A stretch of 63,620 bases of DNA, filler included, from Lenisia limosa (Eukaryota; Protista; Breviatea): NCBI GenBank assembly GCA_001655205.1. It is 7 parts of 7 records of this genome, joined end to end, with 100 filler letters (N's around TTAATTAATTAA, not from the genome) between each part and the next. Parts side by side here need not be neighbours in the genome. Positions count along the whole stretch, not along the records: positions 10,946 to 14,807 come from LPNZ01000129.1; positions 14,908 to 27,131 come from LPNZ01007481.1; 5 more parts are not named here. The stretch is one strand, 5' to 3'. The notes under the pieces were generated by a model. It saw nothing but the letters and a program-made list of their open reading frames with translations. It was not told the origin of the DNA and ran no database searches. Below, piece after piece: positions 10,946-24,595 of this stretch (positions are counted from its first letter, which is position 1; each line of letters starts with the position of its first letter). The position numbers were made by a program, and so were the translations under genes.

Positions 10946-13900
10946 CCCACCACTCTTGGCTTTCACTACAGCTGCGTTGGTTTTGCGGAGTTCCTTCTCA
11001 ATCTGTTCAATGGTAGTGGTCAAATAAACGTATAAAACACTCCCCCTTTTCATCAGAATAGTAATTACTCGTACACCATTATACCTTACACACACTTAAA
11101 GCAGGGTAGTAATTCAGAAAATTGTTACGGATGCTGTTAGAAAATTGTTCTAGACGCCTTCTTTAAAACGAAAGATTGTTTTTGGTAATAACTACCCATT
11201 ACTTTAGTTTGAAAGACTCCAAGCTTTGGTGTAAACCACGTTCAATATGCGCCAATCTTAGAGAAAATTGGACCAAATCCGAGCCACTTTTCTGAATTCC
11301 AACCATGCTTTAACCGTACCTTCACTAGTATTACCCCCACCACCCCCCAGCCTCATTTTCAATTCTGTTCAAAAAATTCAGTAAAACATCACGTTTCCAT
11401 GGATTTAACGAGATATTGTATGATTTTTCGAACCGACATGAAGCCCTAACCCCACGCAACCTCATTTTCACTAGTACTCTTGACAGCCAGTTTTTCGCCA
11501 TGTTCGTTACAAGTCCGGGCCAAAGCACTCACATCTAAAACTGTAAAGTATATTCATCAGTTGAAATATGCCAATATTGCGTGTCAAATGAAGTATTGAG
11601 TAAATTAAACTGAACTACACAGTACTTTTCTGAATCAAAAATATGTTGAAACCGAGAAAGGATATTGACAGGTCATTCACATGAATATATAGGGTCATTA
11701 TTAGGGCTTCACTTCGGTCCGAAAAAGACCGGTAAAATATCGATATTATCGAGTTATTCAGTCTTTTTCGGACCATACGGAAGCCCTAGTTTGAAATCAT
11801 CATATCACCCCCCAACCAGCCGAAGGAATAGTCAAGAAGATAGACAGCGCGTCAGAACGGTGGCGCTTGATTTTCTTGAGAACTGGTCTGAAGCAAACCA
11901 TGTCCAAAAGAACGATGAGGACCACTCCCACGACAAACAGGGAAATTAGCAGGTACACTCCCTGTTTTATTATTTTGTTCAAAAACAAGAGAAGTGATAT
12001 ACATTAGAAATCTAGGGAAACAAATAAATATATACGGATACCATGTAGAGTGATAATAAATCAATCAAAAAATAATCCATAATATTGTACTAAAAACAAA
12101 AATAGTAGATTTGGGTTATATCGATCAGGTGCACCACACGACAAAGACGTATATTCGCAGTATTCGATATCTCTAACCGCCCACATTTACTCTCGCGTCA
12201 TCTTGTTCTTCAACGTAAACGTCCACTCCCCTTTGGAACACGTCCAAGAGACCCCAGATTCCTATAACATTATACCTAAATACATATTATAGCAATGAGA
12301 AATATAAATAAAGTTGTTTCTGGCTGAAGCATTCCACACCAACGTTATATATACATACATATAGGTAGGGTTACACTTCGGTTAGAAAAACACCGAAAAA
12401 TAACGATAAGCTTCTTCGTTATATCCATTCTTTGTTCGAACCGAAGTGAAGCCCTACATGTTGGTTTGATTTAGAATCTTTAAAATTGTGAGTCAATTAT
12501 CTGGTTTGTCACAACCCCATGAACCATTTTCGAGGAGGTACCGAGTGTCAACATGAGTGTTTACGTCAATTTTGCTAACCTGAATGGTGAACAAAAATGC
12601 CCCAAGTAACAAATCATAAATTCAAATAAATCAATTAAACCCCAAATTATAATAACTTACCCTCAAAAACATACCTCAAAAAATCAATATCCCATCCCAT
12701 AATAGTGACATGCCCTATTTCTTATTTGTATACCCCCAAAAACCTCCAATTTTCTATTTGAATATTACTAAATCCCAAATAATTCCCCCTTCCCCGACTG
12801 TGTATATGATATACCTTCTCCCAAAGACTTCACTTCGGTTCAAAATTAATGTAAAATATCGATAGTTTTCGAAGAGTTATCTAGAAATTATGTCTGTTTT
12901 CGAACCGAAATGAAGCCCCATCAACCCCCATCAAGCCCCTTCAGTCCCCCCATACTAGGACCAGATCAGAATCCGACTGACTCAAAAATCCGACTTCACT
13001 CAAAAATCCGGCTTTGGATTTTGGTCTCGTCCCCCCGCCCCCCTTACAGTCTCCAGCCTTCCCCCCTCCCCCTTACAGTCTCCATGCTGTAGGTCGTAAA
13101 CTTGTTAGCACGTTTAATGAAGGCAGTCCCTGCATCCCAAAGATTGTAGCTATACTAAAATGGGTGAGATGCTGCTTAAAAAAGATTGTAGCTATACTAA
13201 AATGGGTGAGATGCTGCTTAAAAATGATTGTAGCTAAACAGGTAGGAAGAAAAACCGCAAATCATGGAAACTCTCATTTCCATACGTGAAAACCCAAATA
13301 TATACCTCGAACAAGGTGGTGCCATTCCCGGACGGCAGGTGTTCGTAGTACATCACAGATGGTTTGTCCCAAATATCAACTACTTCCTCACTGTCGTGCG
13401 GCCAATCGAACTAAATAAGTTAGTCTTGCATTTTTATCCCCTTTCGAAACCCAAATTTCTGAAATGAGTAATGGAAATCAATGTCTTACAGATTTCGGTA
13501 ATTTTCTTTAATTGCCGTTAGTCCCACATAAAGCTCCTTATGCACACGACTGGAAAAAGCCTTGACCTATTTACTGTGTAATTTCTTAATGACCATCGGT
13601 CAAGACTTATCCCTATCACTACAAGTCACAAAACTCACATAAAGCTCCTTATGCAGTTCCCAGATCTCAAGATTGGTGTCGAAGATGCGCTTGTTGTAAA
13701 ACTTAAACTCGGCTTCGTTTTTGGTGTTTTGCGCGGCGTGGAGTGCGTATAAGGTGTCTAATACCACTGACTATGGGGAATGAGTAAAATTGGAAAATTT
13801 ATGAAAAAAAAGTTGAATATCAACTCTGCTGACATCGCACGAGGGTTGATAACAACAAAACAAAAAAAGCCAAGCAAGTTGATGCTGCAGCACCGCAATA

Positions 13901-14550
13901 CTCCAGCGTAGGCAAGAGTGTGGGGGTAGGGTGAGAGCGTATCAGAGAGGGGAAGGGGGAGAGGTGAAACAAAGGAAATTATTACAGTGAAGAATATTGG
14001 CGTAAAGGTACCAATCACGAACCGAATTATCTGAACTCCAAACACAAAACAAACAGGAGCAACTAAAGCTAAAACTGAACAAAAACCTGATGACAAAAAC
14101 ACAAAAACCAAAACAAGCTTAAGCTGGGGAGGTTAAAGGAAATTAGAAATTGAGGGTAGTTAACAACCCTTGTACCTGTGAAGCTTGGAGTCTGCGCTCA
14201 GCTTTGTCAATAACTTTAAATTTGTCCTCAGTAGAATGCAGCAACTAAATAGTCAGTTCAGTTCAGTTCAGTTCAGTTCAGTTCTTTTCATTCAAATTCA
14301 GTTCATTTCAATTCAGTTTATTTTATTTTAATTAAGTTCAGTTCATTTCAATATCAGTCAATCATATCAGGACTTATCCCGTTGCCTTATACACACGTTT
14401 ACAAAGTCACCCTTCCCTCTCCCTTTACAGTAGTCACAGCGAAATAGGTCCCCATCTGAAGAAGGAAGAGAAGGAAGAGACAGCCTAAGACTCTCCAGAA
14501 GAGCGTACGGGCCTGCTGCATTTGCTGTTGTTCCACCCGGTCTGCAAGGT
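10946..14550 (-). CDS. Membrane protein with TM-extracellular domain-TM module, TmcB/TmcC-like (partial)
   Basis: Exons: EQQQMQQARTLFWRVLGCLFLLFLLQMGTYFAVTT (TM), LLHSTEDKFKVIDKAERRLQASQ, SVVLDTLYALHAAQNTKNEAEF...IWELHKELY, DWPHDSEEVVDIWDKPSV, WDAGTAFIKRANKF, GIWGLLDVFQRGVDVYVEE, LLISLFVVGVVLIVLLDMVCFRPVLKKIKRHRSDALSIFLTIP (TM followed by an FRP..LFLxIP pattern recalled from TmcB-like proteins). Confidence 0.5.
11702..12919. mobile_element. Three intronic R1 hAT-MITE copies (11702-11788, 12366-12456, 12826-12919)
   Basis: R1 TIR sequences; the 12366 copy has a decayed 8-bp TSD (CATATAGG/CATGTTGG, 6/8 identical). Confidence 0.75.
14250..14360. repeat. (CAGTT)n pentanucleotide microsatellite with degenerate flank
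   Basis: TCAGTTCAGTTCAGTTCAGTTCAGTTCAGTTC followed by ATTTCAATTCAGTT variants. Confidence 0.85.
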
Positions 14551-14907
14551 GACAAAATGTAGTACAGATAAATTAAAAAAAAGGGGTAAAAGATGTAATA
14601 TGAGCAATTTATATAGTATCAAGAATAGCCAAAAGCTGATCATCTTCGTGTAAATTATTATTCAGTAAGGAATGGTCCAAAAGATGGTGAAATGAATGAT
14701 ACAATGCTAATACACCCTCATGTTGTTTTCAACCCTCGTGTTTTGTCAACCAACAGAGTTGTTTTTGGACTTTGTTGTTTTATAAATTGTACTCCCCTCC
14801 CCCCATTNNNNNNNNNNNNNNNNNNNNNNNNNNNNNNNNNNNNNNNNNNNNTTAATTAATTAANNNNNNNNNNNNNNNNNNNNNNNNNNNNNNNNNNNNN
14901 NNNNNNN

Positions 14908-17719
14908 CACGAGGGTGTCGGAAGAGTAGGAGCCAACTTCCGATATAAGGCCGAATTGTACCATAAGGACAAGAACTAGGCCTTGCCTAATAGAATAAAA
15001 ATATGTGGGGGTGCGAATCGTCTCGGTATTGTAGATTGGTTACCCTACGAGACTTCTTCGGTTTGAAAAACACCGGATAGTTTTCGAGGATTTATCGAGA
15101 AATTCATACCTATTCCTTTGTTCAGCTGCTCGAAATATGAGGTTGATAATAATGACAAATTTTTAAAAATAATGTAAAAGTGCATGGGTGTTTCACCCGT
15201 TGAACCATCACCCTCATATATCCCATCATTGGAAATATGAAAAAACAACCAAATGTAACGCGTTTTGTTAAACTCTTGCTTTGTCAGAATATTTCGATAA
15301 AATTGGATGAATATCGATATTGTGTTTGGTACAATTATAATTGATTACATTAAATCCCCCTTACCAATAAGAAAAGAAAATGAAAGCTTTGATAACTAGG
15401 AATTTTGGGATGGGACGGTGGGGGGCAAGTTTCTCCTGGCATCCAAGGTAGAAAAGTGCTAAATAATACAGAGAAATCTGAGTGGTGAGGGAGAAAAGAG
15501 CTAAATAACAGAAATATCAATTAAAATAACAAAATTTATAGGGGGGAGGATTTATCGAGAAATGTATTCTTTTTTGGGAGCGTAGGGAAGCCCTGTTAAT
15601 ATAATAGAATGAAGAAACCTTACCTAAATGAAGGAAAATGATATGCCAGAATGTTTAAAATGAGAAACAAAAAAAAAAGCGGAATGCTCGCACATAGATG
15701 GAGCATACTGTGAAAGAAATATTGCTAATGAGAAAGACGTAAAGGTACCCGGAGTCCGTGGAGAAGTCTCCTTCGTGATAAAGGTCGTATTGTCGCAAGA
15801 GGACTGATGAGACTGCGAGGATTGGCTGTAGTGTGAGGAATTACCGTTGCTTCTTATTCGAAAGAAATCGGTAAACTATCAAAAGTATATGTCGAATTTA
15901 AACTCTGCGTATATTATAGTGAAATTGTGTAATATAACAAGGCCACATATCAAAACTTGGGCTTCACTCCATCTCCAAAATGACCAGGAAAATATATGAT
16001 ATCGATATTTGTCTGGGATTATCCAGAAATTTGGTTTTTTGGGGACGTAGTGAAGCCCGATATATGATTCCACATCCAATAATAATATCATTCATATTCC
16101 AAGAAAGGTATGCTTAGAATGAATCCTACAAAATGAATGGCCACACCAATGCTGGGGAGGCACGCAGAAAGCTTTGTGCACAGATTTTAAGGCAAAATGA
16201 TTGGGTGACTTTTCATGAAACGATCCAATATCTCTTATAAGCGTGATGGTNNNNNNNNNNNNNNNNNNNNNNNNNNNNNNNNNNNNNNNNNNNNNNACCT
16301 TTATAACCACAAACTGAAGGATCCCTCGATTACACGATCGCAGGAATTTCCTAAAGAAATGAAATAAAAAACCAAGTACCACAGAGCTTTATTTTGAATA
16401 TGTACATATACCATACAAAAAAGGAGGAGTGGGGGGGGGGGGNNNNNNNNNNNNNNNNNNNNNNNNNNNNNNNNNNNNNNNNNNNNNNNNNNNNNNNNNN
16501 NNNNNTCTTTTAAGAAATTGCAAGTGGATCTTTTAAGAAATTGCAAGTGGATCTTCATTCCAGCCCCTCATCCCACCATCCGGGGCTATAGAAGAAGCAG
16601 CAGCACGGACATGGATGTGGCTGCGAGGACTGTTCCTTGATCATTTCCGAGAGGTTGGCCATTCCTCCAACATGACACATCATCATCTTTGCGAAGAAGT
16701 ATAATACAAAGGCCTCGTATCTACATAATAAGTGGATTTCGATATAGAGATGAGAAATAAAATATATTTATGTGATAATAATAACAACAACATTAACAAT
16801 GATAATAATATTTATTAATGATAATAATACATAATAAATAACAATACTAGCAACAACAACAATAATTATAACATAATCATAACAACACAAGCAAAAACAA
16901 CAATAAATACTTGCAACAAAATAAGTAAAAATGTTATTTCCCCAGGGACTTCTCAAGTGTTTCGCGTGTGCCTTGTTATACCGCCAACTATCAGGATCTT
17001 TTATTTAGAGTTAACAGAGAAAAGGTCTTTTGGGTGGGGTGGATAAAAACAGGGCAAAAAAAATGGAAATGCAAAATCCGACACTCAACCACAAGAAAAT
17101 GAATCGCAAAAATAAAAACGAGAAATAAAGAAATGAAAACACAAAAACAAAGACCCTTCACTCGAAGATTAAACTAGAAGAAGAAATGAGCTTCTTAAAA
17201 AAGGTTGAGACTAAGCTAAAAACAAGGAGGCCCTTTGAAAGCGATATCAGTAATGATAAGTGGTTTAAAGTTGTTGCGCGATTCCTATAAAAAAAAATAG
17301 GCCCTTAGCTATTAACAATGGTAATGAGATGACTTAACACCCTCAGACACTTCACGAACTTGAAACGACTTCCAGACAGAGAAGAGGCTCGGCCATCGTA
17401 ACCTAAAGAGTTAACCAAAAACGGCGAAGAATGCTACTGATCTCTTTCATCCCTGCGAAGCTTACGACATGAATGAGTCCTAAAGTGGTTATAAGCAAAA
17501 CTACTTCCGCTTTCATAAGATGCCACCCTGGCTTACGAAGGTGTAAAGAGGTACCATGAGAAGAATTCTGACTAAGGGGGTTTGCTCGCTGGGGCGAGTG
17601 AAGCATACTAAATGATTTTTTATTAATGTAAATGATATTATGATGGCAAGAAGGGCAAAAAGACCAGCTCCTTGCCAAGCTCTGGCATGAAGCTCTTTGA
17701 CTTCATCCTCTTCTAACAT
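14908..17719 (-). CDS. TMEM184: TMEM184 / OST-alpha family transmembrane protein (3' end cut by linker gap)
   Basis: MLEEDEVKELHARAWQGAGLFALLAIIISFTLIKNHL...EQTPLVRILLMVPLYTF; HVGGMANLSEMIKEQSSQPHPCPCCC; KFLRSCNRGILQFVVIK; LYHEGDFSTDSGYLYVFLISNISF; ISLYYLALFYLGCQEKLAPHRPIPKFLVIKAFIFFSYW|QGLVLVLMVQFGLI. These are family hallmark motifs in the expected order. Confidence 0.9.
16149..16250. repeat. Dispersed repeat family R4 (~135 bp)
   Basis: Reverse-complement copy of ...GAAGCCGTCCACACCATCACGCTTATAAGAGATATTGGA...CACCCAATCATTTGCCTTACAACTCTGTGCACACAGCTTTCTGC...CCTCCCCAGCAT. Other copies or fragments at 1931-2011, 7527-7554, 9222-9296, 56884-56922, 57338-57368, 60492-60628 and 60733-60770. Confidence 0.8.
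16768..16925. repeat. (AAT/AAC)n low-complexity intronic tract
   Basis: Runs of ATA/ACA triplets in a TMEM184 intron. Confidence 0.8.
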
Positions 17720-18034
17720 ACAAACATTAATTACTGTGTTCAAATTCTTCGCTTATTCCACAAGTTCCGTCATTTTCAGAAAAATGAAATTTGAATTTTT
17801 CGACTATATGCTCCCCTGGGGGGGACACTTTTGCTAAATCGAGTTTCACCGAAATTTTTCGAGATTAGTGAACTGGACGAACTGAACTTTCCTTTTTTAC
17901 CAAATTGTTTTCAAAAAAAGTCGCTCCCTTTCACCGCAGGGAAACTGTATGTTGGGTATTGTAGATGTTGAAGAGATTAACAATCATTTTCCCCGATTAT
18001 TTTTCGTTTCTCATTGTTTTAGTATATAATTATC

Positions 18035-19749
18035 ATGGCCAACCGCTTCGTTCGTGCTTCCAAGTTCCGTCACGCTTTCGCTAACCCCCCCAAGCGTGAT
18101 AACTGCTTTGACAATGTCAAGCTGACCAGATCTGCTTGGGATTCCAACTTCATTGTTGCCAACTCTAAGTTCGTCGCTGTCTCATGGGAATCTGGAGGAG
18201 GTTGGATGGTTTTTTGTCTTTGATTCCCCAAAATATCCAAAATATGAACCTTTTGTAATGAACACAGGAGTTTTCGCCGTCCTTGACCAGAAGAAGACTG
18301 GCAAGCTCGAGCCTGACCAACCTGTTATCTCCGGCCACAGCGCTCCCGTTCTTGACCTCGCTTTCAGCCCTTTCAACGATCACATCGTTGGTTAGTTGGG
18401 ATTAGGACTGAATTTGGCGCAATTCTATGGAGTTTAAATTTGTAACTTTGTTTAGCCTCTGCTTCCGAGGACTGCACCGTTAAGGTCTGGGCTATCCCTG
18501 AAGAGGGTGTCACCCAGAACATCACCGAGTCCGAAGTTACCCTCCGCGGTCATCAGAAGAAGGTCGGTGGACTCGCCTACCATCCCCAGGCCAGCAACAT
18601 CCTTGCCTCTTCTTCCACTGACGGAACCGTCCGCATCTGGGACGTCGAAAAGGCCGAGGAGGTCTTCAAGCTCGAAGGCCATGGTGACAACATCCAATCT
18701 ATGGCCTGGTCTCCCTGTGGCAAGTTCTTGGCTACTACCTGCAAGGACAAGAAGCTCCGCATCTTCAACGTCCGTGAACAGTCTCTCGTCGCTGAGGCTC
18801 CCTCTCACATGGGTGTCAAGTCTTCTCGCTGCTGCTGGCTCGGTGACACTGGCAAACTTGTTACTGTCGGTTTCACTCGTGCTTCTGAGCGTGAGATGAA
18901 CTTCTGGGACGGCCAGGTAAGCATCATCAATATGACCATTCAAACTTTTCCCCAGTTTATTTTTTTGTTTTGTCCTTGATATTAAGCCCTGTGTCATTGA
19001 CTCTAGAACTGGGAGAAGCCCCTCAAGTCCACCGTCGTCGATACCTCTTCCGGTGCTCTCATGCCCTTCTACGACAACGACACCAAGATCCTGTTCGTGG
19101 GGTGCTACTTTCTCTATTTTACGCTGATTGATGATTCTTTTTTCTTCTTTTTTTTTTCTTTTCCCCCCTTTTTAAGGAAAATATTTGCACATTATTTCTA
19201 GCAAACTCTTACCCTCTTAGCTTCCTCGGTGGAAAGGGTGACGGCAACATCCGTTACTACGAGATCACTGACGATGACACCATCTTCTACCCTCTCTCTG
19301 AGTTCAAGTCCGACAAGCCCCAGCGTGGTCTCTGCATGCTCCCCAAGCGCTCCGTCGACGTCTCAAACAACGAGGTTGTCCGTCTCTACAAGGTCACCCC
19401 TAACAGCATTGAGCCCCTCAGCTTCTGCGTTCCTCGCAAGTCCGACCAGTTCCAGGAGGATCTCTTCCCCGAGTGTGACGGCCCCAACCCTGCTCTTACC
19501 GCTGAGCAGTGGATCGGTGGAGCCGACGGTACTCTTGAGAAGATCTCTCTCGAGCACGGCTTCGACCCCTCTCAACACAAGGGAGCCGCTATGGCTGTCA
19601 CTGGTGCCGCCAAGGCCAGCAACGCCCCTGTCGTCAAGCTCTCCACCAAGGAGCTTGAGAACAAGGTTGCCACTCTTGAGAAGTCCAACGCCGAGAAGGA
19701 CGCTAAGATCAAGGAGCTCGAGGAGAAGATTGCTTCTCTCGAGGCTTAA
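18035..19749 (+). CDS. corA: Coronin (WD40 beta-propeller plus C-terminal coiled coil), 5 exons
   Basis: MANRFVRASKFRHAFANPPKRDNCFDNVKLTRSAWDSN..., GHSAPVLDLAFSPFNDH, SASEDCTVKVW, TTCKDKKLRIF, DTKILFLGGKGDGNIRYYE, IEPLSFCVPRKSDQFQEDLFP, coiled-coil tail and TAA. Introns approx. 18202-18267, 18391-18456, 18917-19007, 19093-19220; strong C3 codon bias. Confidence 0.97.
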
Positions 19750-20243
19750 GTCTTTTATTTGTTTCATTGCGGTTCCCTTTATCTTGAATGTCTGAACCCT
19801 CCAACCCCGGACGGCCATCTGGGCTAGGTTTGTTCGTCAAGGCATCACTATAATTTAAAATATATTTATAATTCATTAATTCATGGTTGTTTCATGTGTT
19901 CTTGTATTTCTCCTCTAGTTTGAGACTGTTTAGTCAGCCTTTTAAATGGGTTGAGAGGTGGAGATAATAGCCATAAGCAAGTTGAAGCTCAGTTCAATTC
20001 ACATTCACCCCGTTCACTAAATTCCCTTTTTTTTCTGGGAAATCTGAATTTCACAGAGTCTGAACCAGCTGAAGCATAAGAAAAGTAGTAATAGCAATTA
20101 AGCTTCTAATGAAGGGTACTTAGAAGACAGAAACAGGCTTAGTTTTGACAGTTTCTCCACCCTGTTCTTTCAGTATCTGGTAAAACTCCCTTAATAATCG
20201 CTATAATAGAGGTACCATCTAAGTTTGCGGCCTTGCAGAAAGA

Positions 20244-21696
<1,453 letters not shown>

Positions 21697-21810
21697 TTTA
21701 TAGAGTCGCATGTAAAAATGCATTATTTAAGATGATACAAGAAGGTACATATAAAATCTCCTCCGATTTAGTATGGATTTTAAAGAAATAAATACAAGAA
21801 ACAATGTGAT

Positions 21811-22329
21811 CTACTGTTTAAGGACGGGGTTGGTTGGCATTCCGGTTCCTTGCTGCTGTTGCTGCTGCAATCTCTGTTGCCTCTCAAGTTCCTCCATCTA
21901 TGGTGTCAAGAGAAACTCACAGATTGGACAGATTGGGGAGAGAGCGTAAGGAATTGTATCAGCCTACTTGTTGGTCTTTCTCGATCTCAAGAGCTAAGGG
22001 AAGAATTATGACAATGAACGTAGTTGCGCCAATCCAAAGAGCTTTTCCGGTATAATGCAGAACGTTGCCCACGGATTTATACAAAAAGTCCCATGACCTT
22101 TCAAAAGTGGGAAGGCGAGCCCTAAATATATAAGAAAAAGAACAGGATCACGGTATAATCCAATGATATTCTGCTTGACAAACTTTATTGAATCAAGGAA
22201 GCCAATCTGAGGGGTAGAAGGGGTTTCCTGAGACTTCTCAATAGCTGAAGACAGCTCATCACATTGAATTTCGGTAATTTCTGCCTATAATTAGGTTAGT
22301 TTTATAATTATTTTCTCTAAAATTACCAT
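21811..22329 (-). CDS. TOM22: Mitochondrial import receptor Tom22
   Basis: M|AEITEIQCDELSSAIEKSQETPSTPQIGFLDSIK|ARLPTFERSWDFLYKSVGNVLHYTGKALWIGATTFIVIILPLALEIEKDQQ|MEELERQQRLQQQQQQG...*. Contains the Tom22 WxxxTT...LPL..EIEK.QQ transmembrane signature. Confidence 0.85.
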
Positions 22330-22673
22330 TATAAGTTCTAAATCTGTAACCTGTTCAAGTTGAGCTGATTCTGAATAACGGCTTTCAGTGACGTTGATCA
22401 ATATTAATCAATATAATGATACTTAATAAAGATAACAAAATAATGTAGACTCTGGAAAAAGAGTTTTGAAAAAAATCACAATTTTGTTAAATAGTTTTTC
22501 TAATTTCGTACACGGGACGGGATAGTTCTATATTTATGAAAAAAATTAAATTTTTTCATCCTTGAACACTAAGGTAAGTTGGTTGGTGAATACGTGATAA
22601 CTGATAAAAGTGTGTTTTGTTAATTTGATAATTGTGGCCGTAGCAAGCGTTATCCTTTACTCTTTAGTCAAAC

Positions 22674-22919
22674 ATGGACGACACCCTCTTCACCGTCACC
22701 ATAACTGTTTTTATCATGATGTGCATCCTTGTTGGAGCTTTTGGCATGGTTCAAATTGATGCGATCAGGTTAGTGGAATCATGTATCTGTCCCTCACTCA
22801 AATCCCTTTTCTCTTCCTTCTATTACTGAAATAGATGTTATATTTAATTATCTTGTTCTAGAACTCGCCAAAGACGTGAAAGATACGCAAGGCGCGCCGC
22901 ATTGGAGGAAACCCATTGA
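22674..22919 (+). CDS. Small (~51 aa) single-pass membrane protein, 2 exons
   Basis: MDDTLFTVTITVFIMMCILVGAFGMVQIDAIR|TRQRRERYARRAALEETH*; canonical GT..AG intron ~22769-22861; hydrophobic helix followed by a basic tail. Confidence 0.6.
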
Positions 22920-23474
22920 TTCAACCCATACTTCTTCAGTTGAACAATAACTATGGTAAGACTAGGTTGATTATGAAAACCAGTTTTCTTTCCTTGGTCT
23001 CAAAATGTGCTTTTATACGACGGCCAAACTCATATCTCAAAGTGACTTTTTCAAACATTGGCTTTACATAAGTTTTAGGTCGGCTCAACTCGCTGATTCT
23101 GATTCTGGTAACTTGATTTATTTAAATATATATCGTGTATACCATATATTATTGGAGAAATTTTTAGTTTTTAGTTTAGAGGATAGTATGAAATACGTTG
23201 GGGGTAACATGATTTTTGCCGTCCTATTTATCCGTTTCCAAATTATTGAAGCGGGGTGATTGGAAGTGCTTATAGTGGAGGTGGAGATTTAAATGTTTAT
23301 TGCCTATTTTGTAACGCTCGAATCAGCCAACTCAGAAAAGAATGCGAGATGATCGAAAAGCACATTGGAAGTGAATGATTGAGACGTTGGTCTGCATTAA
23401 AGGGCTACAAAAAAGAAAACAAGAAAAAATAGATCGGAAACAGGCACCTAAATATGGGGGACGAAGAAGTCACT

Positions 23475-24432
23475 CTACTTGTCCTCAGGGGCAGCGATGA
23501 AAAGAGAAAGTCTGGAAAGACCGTTAACTGAGCGAGACTGATGGCCCTTGCCCTCGAGGTCCTCGAGAAGGAACACAGTGCCGGCGGGAAGAACGCGACG
23601 TTCACCACTGCAGACCTGGAGGGTAATACAGCGAATCATGGATGGGGGGGAAAGAGACGTCAAGCACGTGTCAATCACCAATGCTCATGCTCACTTCGAT
23701 ATCAACAGGAGCGGAGAGATTGACGACGTATTGTCTACGGGGGGCAACATGCCTAAAGGAGTTACTCATACTCCAAAGAAATCAAAACACTAACCACTTG
23801 AAGTCGTAGGTGGAGGGGGTCTCTCTGAAGATAACAGCAGAGGCGGGTAAATGAGCAGAAAGGGTGCCAATGGTACCACCGCTTGTCATGGGAACAAGCA
23901 AATCCTGATCTCGTATAAGCACAAAGTCGGAATTGCACCGTTTGGTTGGTTTTGATGTCAAACCTGGTAGTAGGTCTCTCCTTCATAGGAATACACTCTT
24001 GTGACATGAACGGCGTTTTCGCCTTCCTATAAGGAGTGATGTTTTGAGCGGAATGTCATCCAAATTACATATAGAAACAAAATAAGGGAAATATTTCAAT
24101 AAGAAGGAGACAGGGGTGAGCTTACAGGGGTCTTGGGAGTGGGTCCATTTGGGAATTCTGTCACGTACAATCCCTTGGGTGCCTCAGGGATTACAGGGCA
24201 CTTCTTGGTACTAAAAGAAGGTCAATTACAAGAGAGAGGCTTGGTTTATTCCAGATCACTGAAAGATGTCAGCCATCAGGCATCGCGGATATTAAAAAAT
24301 GTAAATAATATCTAAAAAATACAAGTCTGCAGCCGCCCACGCCTCAACAACTCGGATGACAGGGGTTCCTGGAAGGGGAGTCTCACCAGTATAAGTGTTA
24401 TTGGCGTCGATAAGAGGACTACTAGAAGTCAT
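23475..24432 (-). CDS. Cupin-domain protein (WHxAPRRQ...EDxxGKGHxSR type)
   Basis: Exons join to ...VIFRETPSTYDFKW|HVAPRRQYVVNLSAPVDIE|VCSGERRVLPAGTVFLLEDLEGKGHQSRSVNGLSRLSLFIAAPEDK*, matching a cupin family common in bacteria. Start MTSSSPLIDANN at 24432. Confidence 0.8.
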
Positions 24433-24595
24433 TGTGATTAACAAAGAGGAGAAAAGGATTTTTTTGAGAACAAATCTGTTTGAAAAAGAGAGAAAGAATA
24501 TTCTAGAATAAATGAAAATCAATTCACGGATTTATTTCCCTTTTTGTTATTTCAAGTTTCCCTCACTGCCTCTCTTCAAAAACCAACGAGGAAAA

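Noticed and set aside
18452-19818. Long antisense and alternate-frame ORFs (18452-18997, 18507-18899, 19229-19795, 19363-19818)
   Set aside because: Shadow ORFs produced by coronin's strong codon bias.
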